Notes: generated from the sequence alone by a model not told the origin. 58,711 nt of DNA from a virus (IMGVR_UViG_3300049033_000019:1-58711); one strand, 5' to 3'; shown: positions 1 to 8,734, counted from the first letter of the stretch. A program made the numbers and translations.

Positions 1-32
1 TGGTCAGTGACGGCAGGACGCTCTTCGAGCAG

Positions 33-632
33 TTGGCCGCGATCGAGCACGAGCGGTGGGCGCACTGGCAGCGATGGATGCACGACCAAGGTCGCCGAGA
101 CGAGCGGACACGTGCGCTGGTGATTCCGGCGACGCTGGTTGATCGGTGGGAGAGGCAAATCGCGACCCCGTACGCCGACCTGTCCGAGGCGGAGAAGGCA
201 AGCAACCGCGAGCAGATCGACCGGTACTGGCTGCTGATCGAGCCGCTGTTGGCCGAGGTGGAGCGGCTGCGGGAGCAGCTTGAGAACGCGCGGGTCGACA
301 AGGATGCTGCGGAACAAGATTCGCGGTCGCGCTTCGCCGAGGTGGAGCGTCTCACCCAGGAGAACGCCCGCCTGCGCCGTGCGCGCCAGATCGTGGAGAT
401 CATCGACGAGATGGCGCTACGCGACCCCGAGACCGCTCCCACGGTGACGCTGGCGCGGGAACTCGTCGATCTTCGCCAGCAGCGCGCAGCCGAGCGGGAC
501 GTCATCGAGAAGGCCAAGGCGTGGCAAAAGACTGTGACGCAGGGACGCTTTGACGCCATACCTAACGCTCAGACAGCTCTGTTGCGAAGCCTGGACGCTT
601 ACGCCGTCCACATGTCAGCCAAGGAGACATGA
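33..632 (+). CDS. Hypothetical coiled-coil phage protein (may be 5'-truncated at the window edge)
   Basis: 199-aa ORF with an EHERWAHWQ...PYADLSEAEK motif seen in phage proteins; ATGA overlap with the next gene. Confidence 0.6.
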   Translation: MAAIEHERWAHWQRWMHDQGRRDERTRALVIPATLVDRWERQIATPYADLSEAEKASNREQIDRYWLLIEPLLAEVERLREQLENARVDKDAAEQDSRSRFAEVERLTQENARLRRARQIVEIIDEMALRDPETAPTVTLARELVDLRQQRAAERDVIEKAKAWQKTVTQGRFDAIPNAQTALLRSLDAYAVHMSAKET

Positions 633-838
633 TCATGACAGGTCACACGGTCTGGCAGATGTCGAGAGTTGATGTCGTGTGGCCGGACGGCACTCACCAG
701 TACTGGTCGACGCATTGCCGTCATGGCCGGCACGACGCATGCAGCGCGCAGGAGCTGGCGCCAGGTGTTCCACGCCAGCCGGCGCAGTGTAAGACCTGCG
801 CGGCGCCGTGCATCTGCCACTGCCACAGCCACACATAG
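629..838 (+). CDS. Small Cys/His-rich (zinc-binding) phage protein
   Basis: YWSTHCRH...C...CKTC..PCICHCH; AAGGAG RBS upstream. Confidence 0.6.
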   Translation: MIMTGHTVWQMSRVDVVWPDGTHQYWSTHCRHGRHDACSAQELAPGVPRQPAQCKTCAAPCICHCHSHT

Positions 839-854
839 TGAAGGAAGAACTGGA

Positions 855-1154
855 ATGACCGGTCATATGTCTTGGCAGATGATGAAGCGTCGCCTGGGCG
901 AAAAGCCGGTGGTCCGGCTCGGCCACATGATCGCTGAGACCCGGGGCTACATCAATGCCCTGGAGGAGACGCTCCAGATGCTGGACGCCTACGCCTACGA
1001 CGAGGTAGGCAGCGGAGCCCAGGACCTGTTGGTCAGCGTCGAGGCCAACGTGAACGAGATGCTGGCCCAGGCCAAGGAGACCATGGCCATGCTCGCCACC
1101 ATGATCAAGAAGGAGGGTGATGACGAACAAGCATCGCCACGGGAAGCTGGTTGA
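855..1154 (+). CDS. Hypothetical protein
   Basis: ATG at 855 after AAGGAAG; phage-like codon usage. Confidence 0.55.
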   Translation: MTGHMSWQMMKRRLGEKPVVRLGHMIAETRGYINALEETLQMLDAYAYDEVGSGAQDLLVSVEANVNEMLAQAKETMAMLATMIKKEGDDEQASPREAG

Positions 1155-1440
1155 TGGAGGTCACAGCCTGGCCCTACCAGGCCTGAAGACATTCCTGCGG
1201 CGACTAGAGGACTGGGACGAGATCAACTTCATCATCCTCGGCCCCATCTCCAGTCGGAAGGGCTGGGGCGGGGAACTCCGCTTCCGGGCCACCCGCTGGG
1301 CCCTCGTCGGCAACGGGACCGCCACCGGACTCAAGTGTGAAGCGGTACGCGGATCCATGACCCAGACCGTCATCCTCACCAGCACCAACCCGGAAGCTCT
1401 CAAGCAGCGGCTCCATGCCGCTGGCTACGTCAATTGGTAA
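1117..1440 (+). CDS. DUF2103-like small protein
   Basis: GGHS..LPGLKTFLRRLEDW.EI..IILGPI pattern recalls DUF2103; GGAGGG RBS. Confidence 0.5.
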   Translation: MMTNKHRHGKLVDGGHSLALPGLKTFLRRLEDWDEINFIILGPISSRKGWGGELRFRATRWALVGNGTATGLKCEAVRGSMTQTVILTSTNPEALKQRLHAAGYVNW

Positions 1441-1454
1441 GGACAGGAGGCGTC

Positions 1455-1871
1455 ATGGTCGACAAGGAACGGATGGAACTATGGGTCCAGGCCCTGGAAT
1501 CGGATGAATACGAGCAGTGCACTGGATCACTATTCGTTGGGCAGAATGTTTACCATAGGCACTGCCAAGATGGAAAAATGGGCTTCGCGCAACAGGACCT
1601 TCACTGCGCCTTGGGCGTGGGCATTTCCGTGGCTCTGAAGAATGGAATGTTCAACGATCACCCCAACCCGCCAGCCGATGTACTGGTATACAACGCTGGC
1701 GGTGGAGCACTTCCTGACTGCGTCCGCACATGGTACGGGATAGAGACCGAAGACCCCTACATTCACATTGATAATGATGCGGACAAGGTGAGCCATTTCA
1801 ACGATAACGGTCAATCCTTCTGGACCATTGCCCAAGCCCTTCGAGCCAAGTACCTGAAGGATGAAGAATGA
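1455..1871 (+). CDS. Hypothetical phage protein
   Basis: WVQALESDEYEQCTGSL...HCALGV...ND.G.SF..IA motif common in phages; AGGAGG RBS. Confidence 0.65.
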   Translation: MVDKERMELWVQALESDEYEQCTGSLFVGQNVYHRHCQDGKMGFAQQDLHCALGVGISVALKNGMFNDHPNPPADVLVYNAGGGALPDCVRTWYGIETEDPYIHIDNDADKVSHFNDNGQSFWTIAQALRAKYLKDEE

Positions 1872-1953
1872 TCCATCTGCTCCTCCAGTTAGGTACCACA
1901 GTCCTGGTTGTATCGGCCGTCGTAACCCTGATCTACATGGCCGGGAGGCGAGG

Positions 1954-2349
1954 ATGAGGGTGATCGTCACCGGCTCCCGCAACTGGGGTGGCATCTACGG
2001 CGCCGACCGGATCCATAAGGTCCTGGAGGCCCTGCACATCCTTGCCGCCGTCCTGGGCCAGAAACTGGTTCTGGTCCATGGAGACGGCCTCGGAGCAGAC
2101 CACATCGTCGATGGCTGGGCCCGCCGCCGGGACAGTGATGGCGTAGAGGTTGAAACGTTTCCAGCCAACTGGGGGATGTACAAGAAGTACGCCGGACCGA
2201 TACGAAACCAGGCAATGGTGGACCGTGGAGCTGACCTGTGCATCGGGTTCTGTCGTGGAACCTCAGCCGGGACCCGGCACACCATGGCTCTGGCCCGCAA
2301 TGCCAACATCCCCACATACGTCATCAACTGGGAAGAGACCATTGAATGA
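1954..2349 (+). CDS. SLOG/YspA-like (DUF2493) protein
   Basis: MRVIVTGSRNW...LVHGDG.GAD...AGPIRNQAMVD.GADLCIGF...S.GT signature. Confidence 0.85.
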   Translation: MRVIVTGSRNWGGIYGADRIHKVLEALHILAAVLGQKLVLVHGDGLGADHIVDGWARRRDSDGVEVETFPANWGMYKKYAGPIRNQAMVDRGADLCIGFCRGTSAGTRHTMALARNANIPTYVINWEETIE

Positions 2350-2534
2350 CCAATCCTTACTCCCAGAACCCTTGGGCCCTGACAGCCGATCCTGACAAGG
2401 ACGCCGTCAGGGTCCTTGTCATGCACCACGTCCAAGACGACACGTACGCGATTTTCGAAGATGGGGAAGTATCCCTCTCGGATGGGGCAAACTTGATCCT
2501 GTTGCTCGAACAGCTATCAGGGAGGGTCCCATGA
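2346..2534 (+). CDS. Hypothetical protein
   Basis: ATGA-coupled ORF in operon. Confidence 0.5.
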   Translation: MTNPYSQNPWALTADPDKDAVRVLVMHHVQDDTYAIFEDGEVSLSDGANLILLLEQLSGRVP

Positions 2535-2815
2535 GTTGGAAGTGGCAGGAGGTGCTGTGGGCTGAGCTGGGTGAGCTTGGCCCGCTAGAGCAGTTTGCCA
2601 TCTGTGGAGAGTGGATCACCGAGATGCAGCAGGGTTTCGTGCCTGCACTGGCTCAACGGCGCCGGGAGAAGCTGATGGAGGCCGTAGAAGAAGTGGAGGG
2701 GGACTACTACCGGGTGGCGGAACAGATCGGCAGTCGGAAGGCCACCGTGGAACGGCTTGTCAATGAAGGTCGGGCCCAAAAAAGAGGCCGCGACCAGTAT
2801 CCTCACTCTACGTAA
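2531..2815 (+). CDS. Small protein with possible C-terminal HTH
   Basis: YYRVAEQIGSRKATVERLV resembles an HTH. Confidence 0.55.
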   Translation: MSWKWQEVLWAELGELGPLEQFAICGEWITEMQQGFVPALAQRRREKLMEAVEEVEGDYYRVAEQIGSRKATVERLVNEGRAQKRGRDQYPHST

Positions 2816-2839
2816 CCAGATGGGGAGACTTACGCCATG

Positions 2840-2868
2840 TTGCCCTCACCCACCCCTCCCGTTAGAGT
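2840..2868 (+). promoter_or_regulatory. Sigma70/HrdB-type promoter with CCCCTCCC motif in the spacer
   Basis: TTGCCC-17 nt-TAGAGT, followed by a hairpin at about 2890-2926. Confidence 0.65.
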
Positions 2869-2942
2869 AAGAGGTGCGCTACAAGACTCGGGCCCGGTGA
2901 GTCGACTGCCATATCCTCACCGGGCCTTGAGATGGAGGGTTC

Positions 2943-3194
2943 ATGACGTATCGAGAAAAGATGATCCACAACCTGGACATGGCTGAAGCCATGACCAAAG
3001 AGATCGAAAAGATGGAAGCCGCTGTCCAGGTACACGCTGAGACAGAGCACATCATGCTGTACCAGATGGCGCATGCCCTTCAGGACAACCTGGTGTACAG
3101 AAACCGAGTCCAACGCAGGGATCTCTACCTGGGTCTGGCTCGGACATATGCGCTAGCCGAGCTGGCGATCTCCAGTCCTCGACTGTTCCCATGA
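2943..3194 (+). CDS. Hypothetical protein
   Basis: GGAGGG RBS, 83 aa. Confidence 0.6.
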   Translation: MTYREKMIHNLDMAEAMTKEIEKMEAAVQVHAETEHIMLYQMAHALQDNLVYRNRVQRRDLYLGLARTYALAELAISSPRLFP

Positions 3195-3490
3195 GCAAGC
3201 CGCTGGACCAGGAAACCTTTCAGCATGTTACCCAGGTCATCGATCGAGCCCGGCGTAACGGGGCCAACATCCCGACCAGGCTCAATGATGCCAAGTTGAT
3301 CTGGACCAAGCAGCGAGAACGCAATGCTCGGGTGGAAACCGTAGAACAGTTGATCATGGAGTTCCAGGTCTGGAAGCCGCACGAGTTCCTCAGGATCATC
3401 AACCGGGAACTGATCAACTGCACCCCGGCGGACATGCACCAGGCCATCTCTCTGTGGCTGGACAAGTACTTGACTCATCTACGCAGTTGA
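3191..3490 (+). CDS. Hypothetical protein immediately upstream of array A
   Basis: ATGA overlap, 99 aa. Confidence 0.6.
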   Translation: MSKPLDQETFQHVTQVIDRARRNGANIPTRLNDAKLIWTKQRERNARVETVEQLIMEFQVWKPHEFLRIINRELINCTPADMHQAISLWLDKYLTHLRS

Positions 3491-3686
3491 CTCATCGATA
3501 CACGTCGCCACAAACCTTTCCCTTCCCTCTGACACATCACGTCCAACCGGGTCGACCCCGACCCACCCGACTACTCAGGCTGTGACGTATCACCTCATTC
3601 CCACTCCCATCGACTACTCAGATCTCCTCTCGATGCCCCAGCTCCTTCCTATTCGACAGACCATGCCCGTCCCCTCCCAATCCACT
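3488..3686 (+). repeat. Pentamer-register array A (5 units: YGAC-NNN + [NCNNN]n), candidate guide/ncRNA array
   Basis: Anchors at 3488, 3530, 3568, 3611, 3654 (spacing 42, 38, 43, 43); e.g. TGAC TCA TCGAT ACACG TCGCC ACAAA CCTTT CCCTT CCCTC. Confidence 0.85.
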
Positions 3687-3701
3687 TAAAAAGGAACCAG
3701 A

Positions 3702-4433
3702 ATGACTGAAGGTGTGTTCGCCACCTGGCGAACCAAGTCGTACCCGTTCACCTTCCACGGGGAGCTGCTCGTTGGCACCCTGGTCGGTGGCGTCCCCTCT
3801 GACCCTAATGTGGCTAAGGGCTGGATCGAGTCCAAGGTCAAGGACTCCAACCAGCAACGGATCCAAGACCTGATCACCCAGACCATGGTCGAACGTGACG
3901 TTACCCAAACTGAAGCTGTAGAGATCGTCAACAACCTGAAGAACCTCAATGGGTTCAAACGAGACCCTGAGCAGGGTCTGTTCATCGAGGGTCGTCAACT
4001 GAAGGCGGCTCTCAAGGAGGCCGTGTCGGTGGCCGTGGCCGCCGGCAAGTTGGAGATGACCAAGTGGGGCAGTACCCGGAAGTGGCTGACCAACTACTTC
4101 CCGGAGCATGTCTTCGTCATGGAGGAGCGCCTGTACCTCGGTGTCATGGAACCGGCTGGGATCTTCCAGCAGTTCGTCCACACTCACAAGGGTTCCAGCG
4201 TCCAGTACCAGGAGTACGTGGAGAAGGTGACCGTCAAGTTCACCGTGCTCACCGACCATGACTTCAAGGATCGAGACTGGGCCATGATCTGGACCACTGG
4301 TGAGATGAACGGTCTGGGGGCCAGCCGATCCCAGGGCTACGGCACCTACCAGGTCACCAAGTGGGAGAAGGTCGTCGACGCAAAAGCGTTGGCGGAGTTG
4401 AAGAAGAAGACCGAAAAAGAGGAGGCCAAGTGA
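3702..4433 (+). CDS. Solo Cas7/RAMP-superfamily-like protein
   Basis: RAMP-like GLFIEGRQLKAALKEA (cf. P.IPGSSLKGALR) and C-terminal glycine-rich loop GLGASRSQGYG followed by a beta strand; 243 aa; AAAGGA RBS. Confidence 0.8.
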   Translation: MTEGVFATWRTKSYPFTFHGELLVGTLVGGVPSDPNVAKGWIESKVKDSNQQRIQDLITQTMVERDVTQTEAVEIVNNLKNLNGFKRDPEQGLFIEGRQLKAALKEAVSVAVAAGKLEMTKWGSTRKWLTNYFPEHVFVMEERLYLGVMEPAGIFQQFVHTHKGSSVQYQEYVEKVTVKFTVLTDHDFKDRDWAMIWTTGEMNGLGASRSQGYGTYQVTKWEKVVDAKALAELKKKTEKEEAK

Positions 4434-4852
4434 ATCGGTCCGTTCGACAGGCTTTGATCTTCATTGCCTTGTTCGTGGCCGTAGTCGCAACTACGCAAAC
4501 TGCCATGCAACGCCCGGCAGATGCCCATCACGTCAACGGACAGTACTGGGACTGGTGCAACACGGCGTACCGGGTCTGTATCTCTTCGGATGCCAACGGT
4601 TACGGCGGCCAGGTGAAGCTCGGCCCGGCGCAGGGCTACTGCCTGAGCCTGCCATGGAACGACAAGTTGACCGGGATCGACAACTTCCACATGGGTACCA
4701 GTTTCCATGTCTGGCAGGACGGCAACTGCAATGGTGCACGACGCGATTACGGAACAACTTTCGTCGGTAACGTGGATGGCCAATTCAATGACCGAGGTAC
4801 GTCCTACTGCATCGGTCCGTTAACGGCCTCATTCTGTGGGCCCTACGTCTGA
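4430..4852 (+). CDS. Secreted peptidase-inhibitor I36 / beta-gamma-crystallin-like protein
   Basis: Signal peptide ending PADA; C...VCISSDANGYG...WNDKLTGIDN...VWQDGNCNG...FNDRGTS; GTGA overlap with the RAMP gene. Confidence 0.65.
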   Translation: MNRSVRQALIFIALFVAVVATTQTAMQRPADAHHVNGQYWDWCNTAYRVCISSDANGYGGQVKLGPAQGYCLSLPWNDKLTGIDNFHMGTSFHVWQDGNCNGARRDYGTTFVGNVDGQFNDRGTSYCIGPLTASFCGPYV

Positions 4853-4864
4853 GAGGAGAAAACC

Positions 4865-5236
4865 GTGCGCAAGCTCAGATCGGCAGCGGTGGCGCTGCTC
4901 GTCGTGCTCGGCTTCACGGTGGCGGTCGCGTCGCCGGCCCACGCCGCGTGGGAGGGCTGCAGCTATGAGATGGTCTGTACCTATTGGAACGGGGGGGGCG
5001 GGCTCCCGGTGTACTACTACACCGGTCCGACTAACGGCACCTGCATCGACATCGGCGAGCCATGGGACAACGACATCTCCTCGGTCTGGAACAGGTTCTT
5101 GAACCACCGGATTTTGCTGTTCCCGCACGAGAACTGCTGGAACTCCGCTCTGGCCGCCTATATCGATCCCCAAGACAGGGGCAATCTGGGCTACTGGAAC
5201 GATACGCCCAGCTCGATGCTGATCCAGCATGTCTGA
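4865..5236 (+). CDS. Secreted peptidase-inhibitor I36 / beta-gamma-crystallin-like protein
   Basis: Signal peptide ending SPAHA; C.YEMVCTYWN...WDNDISSVWN...FPHENC...WNDTPSS. Confidence 0.75.
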   Translation: MRKLRSAAVALLVVLGFTVAVASPAHAAWEGCSYEMVCTYWNGGGGLPVYYYTGPTNGTCIDIGEPWDNDISSVWNRFLNHRILLFPHENCWNSALAAYIDPQDRGNLGYWNDTPSSMLIQHV

Positions 5237-5324
5237 CATACGCATGAACGGATTCATTTGTCATCACTGTCGCTCCGGGGCACATGACATGTGCCCCGGC
5301 GGCACCTGGTGCGACTGCCTGCAC

Positions 5325-5480
5325 CGACAACCCAAGTCGAGCCGCGAACGGCCCGCGTCATCACCGACGGTCCGACCCAGTTCAACGCGGATCTCACCGG
5401 ACCAATGGGGCCTGGAGCAAGCGCGCCAGGCCCCACCCTGGTCAGACACCACCTGGCGACAGGTCTGTGCCATCCTAAGG
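5325..5480 (+). repeat. Pentamer-register array G (2-3 units) with a GC hairpin at 5407-5434
   Basis: CGAC anchors at 5325, 5365, 5457; unit at 5365: CGAC GGT CCGAC CCAGT TCAAC GCGGA TCTCA CCGGA CCAAT (7/7 pentamers with C at position 2). Confidence 0.6.
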
Positions 5481-5508
5481 ATCAATATATAGATAGGAGT
5501 TTACATAT

Positions 5509-5757
5509 ATGAATCTGTACTGTGACCGCTTCGATGTGTGCAAGTCGACCTACCTGGATCGTGGCCCCCGCACCAAGGAGATGGCCCAGGCCCGAGGCTG
5601 GGTCGTGTGGCGGGGGGAGACCATGGGTGGAACCATCCAAGAGGTGACCCTCTGTGACAAGTGTGTAGAAACCTCTCGCCGGGCCATTCGTCGGCACCGG
5701 TACGAGGAACTACCGAACCAGTACCCGATCCCTGAGCTAAGGATCGTGAAGCCATGA
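5509..5757 (+). CDS. Small Cys-containing phage protein
   Basis: CD...C...ARGW...LCDKC motif; AGGAG RBS. Confidence 0.65.
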   Translation: MNLYCDRFDVCKSTYLDRGPRTKEMAQARGWVVWRGETMGGTIQEVTLCDKCVETSRRAIRRHRYEELPNQYPIPELRIVKP

Positions 5758-5957
5758 GCCTGGAGAAGCTAGGACGGTGGGAGGGTGACGTGTTCATCTT
5801 CCATGAGCCGATACAGCTTGGTGACGGCACCATGATGGAGCGGTTGAACTTCGACACCTTCGTGTCTGAAGACGACATCTCCCGAGAAGAAGTGATCACC
5901 GCCATGGCCAACAACCCGATCGTGATACCTAGGGATGTGCCCGACAGTGCTCCGTGA
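5754..5957 (+). CDS. Hypothetical protein
   Basis: ATGA-coupled ORF. Confidence 0.5.
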   Translation: MSLEKLGRWEGDVFIFHEPIQLGDGTMMERLNFDTFVSEDDISREEVITAMANNPIVIPRDVPDSAP

Positions 5958-6092
5958 TCCATTCTTCTGGGAGCTGTACTTCGTCGTGCTGTGCATCGAG
6001 GCCCTCTTGGTGGCCGCCGCGCACTTCATCGGCCTCCGGTTGCGTAGAGAGGGAGACCTGGGGTACCGTGGCCGAAAGAGGAGGAACCATAG

Positions 6093-6422
6093 ATGACAAC
6101 CGATCTTGAGGTTCAGGTACAGCACATCCCCAACGGCGGCATCAACGCACAGGACATCGCTTCGCTGGGCGCCATCATGGCCGGACATGGTCTTGATCAA
6201 GTCCAGGTACAGGGGCTGGTTGCCCGGATGCAGAAGCTGGGCGTCCAGGTAGCACTGGGCACCCTGCCTGAGCTGCTGGAGGACATCCGGCGAATCCAGG
6301 AGGCGAGGATCTGGGGAGCTATCGCCCAAATCCAAGCACTGACCACGTTCGGTGGCTACATCCGTCGGGACCAGGTGCTGATGATCCTCAACGGGTTGTC
6401 TCAACGTACCCCACGTCAATAA
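6093..6422 (+). CDS. Hypothetical protein
   Basis: GAGGAGG RBS, 109 aa. Confidence 0.6.
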   Translation: MTTDLEVQVQHIPNGGINAQDIASLGAIMAGHGLDQVQVQGLVARMQKLGVQVALGTLPELLEDIRRIQEARIWGAIAQIQALTTFGGYIRRDQVLMILNGLSQRTPRQ

Positions 6423-6430
6423 GGAGGATC

Positions 6431-6619
6431 ATGAACAAGAAGCTCATTGGCACCACCGCCCTGGCCGTGGTTGCCGTAGGCGGATACCTGTACTACCAGC
6501 GCCACATGGCCGAGATCCAGAAGCGTGTCCAGCAGTTTGAGGACAAGGCCAATGACCTGTTCATCGGATACCTGGCCAAGCGTCAGGAGGCCGAGTACCA
6601 GAAGCCGACCGATGAGTAA
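6431..6619 (+). CDS. Small membrane-anchored protein
   Basis: N-terminal hydrophobic helix; AAGGAGG RBS. Confidence 0.6.
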   Translation: MNKKLIGTTALAVVAVGGYLYYQRHMAEIQKRVQQFEDKANDLFIGYLAKRQEAEYQKPTDE

Positions 6620-6705
6620 CGGGGTCTGGTTCGGATTCCTACTCATCGCCCTCGGACTGATCGGACTGGGCTACGTCCTAGTCCAAATTGGACGGAGGGT
6701 CAAAG

Positions 6706-6990
6706 ATGGGTAGGGCAATTGTCACCAGCGTAGCGCTAGTGATCATCGTTGCCATCATCGCCTTCGTGATCCGAAAAAGCCTCAAGGAGTCTAACCAAGT
6801 CGGCGACTGGAACCTGAAGCAGGAGCGGGAAGCACGTCAGCTCCTGACTGAAGCAGCTCACGTCATGCGAGGCATCGGTCCAGGTCTGGAGATCCATGAC
6901 TCAGATGTGATCTCGGACCGAAGTCGACGAGCCATTAACAACTGGCTCACTCGCTACGAAGATAACAAGACAAAGGAGATTAATGCGTAA
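6706..6990 (+). CDS. Membrane-anchored protein
   Basis: N-terminal TM helix (AIVTSVALVIIVAIIAFVI). Confidence 0.6.
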   Translation: MGRAIVTSVALVIIVAIIAFVIRKSLKESNQVGDWNLKQEREARQLLTEAAHVMRGIGPGLEIHDSDVISDRSRRAINNWLTRYEDNKTKEINA

Positions 6991-7897
6991 AAAGTTACTT
7001 GCGGTACTGCTTGCGGCAGCCGCTTTGGCAGGTTTCAGCGCCTGTGTAATCGCACCCCCGGACGGAATCGGCCTCTACTACATGGAGGGCTCCAGCGACG
7101 GGTACCACTTCGGGCGTTGCATCGAGCCTGGAGTATCCGGTCCCGGCGAATGGAACAACTCCGTTGTGTACCTGCCCATCAACCTGAGGACCTGGAACAT
7201 CGCCCCCAACGGTGGCGACACCAACGTCCCCATCACCGTGGCCAGTAAGCCGGAGGCGAACCAGCCCTCCGGGGTCCAGGTGAATGTGTGGCCACAGGTG
7301 AACCTGATGCTCAACAGCAACTGCGAAGGTGGCAAGGACAGCATCGTTGTCCAGTTCTGGGAGAAGATCGGCCGCCGCTACCGGGCAGACACGGAAGAGG
7401 GCTGGAAGACCATGCTCCTCAACACCGTCGTCCCCGCTCTGGAGAAGTCGGTCCGGGTCGTGGCACGTAACTACTCCGCTGACCCGCTGGTGGCCGGCAC
7501 CAACCTGCCAGAGATCCAAGACGCCATCGCCAAGGAGTTCAGCTCTGAGCTGGCCAGGGTGACTGGAGCGCCTTTCTTCTGCGGCCCCACCTTCAACCGC
7601 GCCACGAAGAACTGTCCCGCCGTCCAGGTCCTGGTCAAGGATGTGGACTACGCCGACCCTGGTATCCAGAAGGCCCGTAACGAGAAGCAGAAAGCCTTGG
7701 AGACAGCTCAGGCCCTGGTGGCTGAGGCTGAGGGCAAACTGCGGGCAGCCAGTGCTCAAGAGGCCCTGTACGACAACCCGGCCTGGGTCCAACTGGAGAA
7801 GGCTCGGATTCAGCTAGAGATCGCCAAGGCCTGTGGCCAGAACCCGAACTGTCACATGGTGATGGGCGCTGACGGCACCATCATCACTACTGGATAA
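6983..7897 (+). CDS. SPFH/Band-7-like lipoprotein
   Basis: Lipobox-like FSAC, SPFH-like core, C-terminal coiled coil (QKARNEKQKALE...AEAEG). Confidence 0.7.
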   Translation: MRKKLLAVLLAAAALAGFSACVIAPPDGIGLYYMEGSSDGYHFGRCIEPGVSGPGEWNNSVVYLPINLRTWNIAPNGGDTNVPITVASKPEANQPSGVQVNVWPQVNLMLNSNCEGGKDSIVVQFWEKIGRRYRADTEEGWKTMLLNTVVPALEKSVRVVARNYSADPLVAGTNLPEIQDAIAKEFSSELARVTGAPFFCGPTFNRATKNCPAVQVLVKDVDYADPGIQKARNEKQKALETAQALVAEAEGKLRAASAQEALYDNPAWVQLEKARIQLEIAKACGQNPNCHMVMGADGTIITTG

Positions 7898-8145
7898 TCG
7901 AAGACGCCCCGGGTCCATGTTGCGGAGAGAACTGTTGGTGCGAGCTAACAGGAACGGGTTAAACATGGACCCGGGGTTCTCCTTTGGAGGAGCAATGACC
8001 AACGAGGAACTCGCCGAACTGGCCTACGAAGAGTGGGACTTGTACGGCGGCAAAGCCCTGGGTCATTGGGGCGCTCCGTACACCAAGGAAGCCTGGGTCA
8101 AGGTCGTTGAGCTGATTCGGGCCGAGGTGTTGAAGGAGCGGGCCA

Positions 8146-8382
8146 ATGTCACCACCTGACATCTCCCGGTTCTGGCGATACAGGTATGGCTCCTGGCAAC
8201 CACAGTGGTATCGCTACCTGATCCCGGACTTTCGTGGGTCTGATGAGTTAGGGCGCAGGACGGTGGTGTTCCACGTTCCCTTCGTCGGATTCTTGGTGTG
8301 GGCCTACCGCACCTGCAAATGCGAAGACTGCTGTGAGGTTCGCGAAAAGGAGCTGTGGAGGGACTGGCATGCCACTACCTGA
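8146..8382 (+). CDS. Hypothetical protein
   Basis: 78-aa ORF in operon. Confidence 0.45.
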   Translation: MSPPDISRFWRYRYGSWQPQWYRYLIPDFRGSDELGRRTVVFHVPFVGFLVWAYRTCKCEDCCEVREKELWRDWHATT

Positions 8383-8734
8383 CCCGTACGCCGGGGAGAT
8401 GACCGTTGAGCTGGACTCCGACAAAGTCAAGCTCATGGAAGAGGCGAAGGCGCAAATCAAGGCATGGACGCATCACTACAACCGTTTGAAGACGGAACTT
8501 ATCACGGCTTTAGGCGATGCAACTGCGGGTACTGTCAATGGGGAGAAAGTTGTCTATTATCGCCCCAAGGATCAATACGCTATTACTCGCCTAGAGGCGG
8601 ACTATCCGGATCTGGTGGAGCACTTCAAGAAGATGGAGTTCCGGGAAGTATTGGACGTGGAGGCCTTCGCCTCCCAGCACCCGGACATCCTCGACCAATA
8701 CCGAGTGCGTGCCTTCGTGGAGCGTGTAATGTGA
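8369..8734 (+). CDS. Hypothetical phage protein
   Basis: LGDATAGTVNGEKVV...F...HPDI..QY motif typical of actinophage proteins; GGAGGG RBS. Confidence 0.65.
   Translation: MPLPDPYAGEMTVELDSDKVKLMEEAKAQIKAWTHHYNRLKTELITALGDATAGTVNGEKVVYYRPKDQYAITRLEADYPDLVEHFKKMEFREVLDVEAFASQHPDILDQYRVRAFVERVM

Noticed and set aside
2791-2862. Additional pentamer array
   Set aside because: Two GAC-anchored stretches show a partial register but need offsets and overlap a promoter with a C-rich operator; too degenerate to count.
3488-3686. Canonical CRISPR array upstream of the Cas7-like gene
   Set aside because: There are no identical 23-47-nt repeats; only a 4-10-nt anchor (e.g. CGACTACTCAG twice) and a periodic C. 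Reported as a non-CRISPR array instead.
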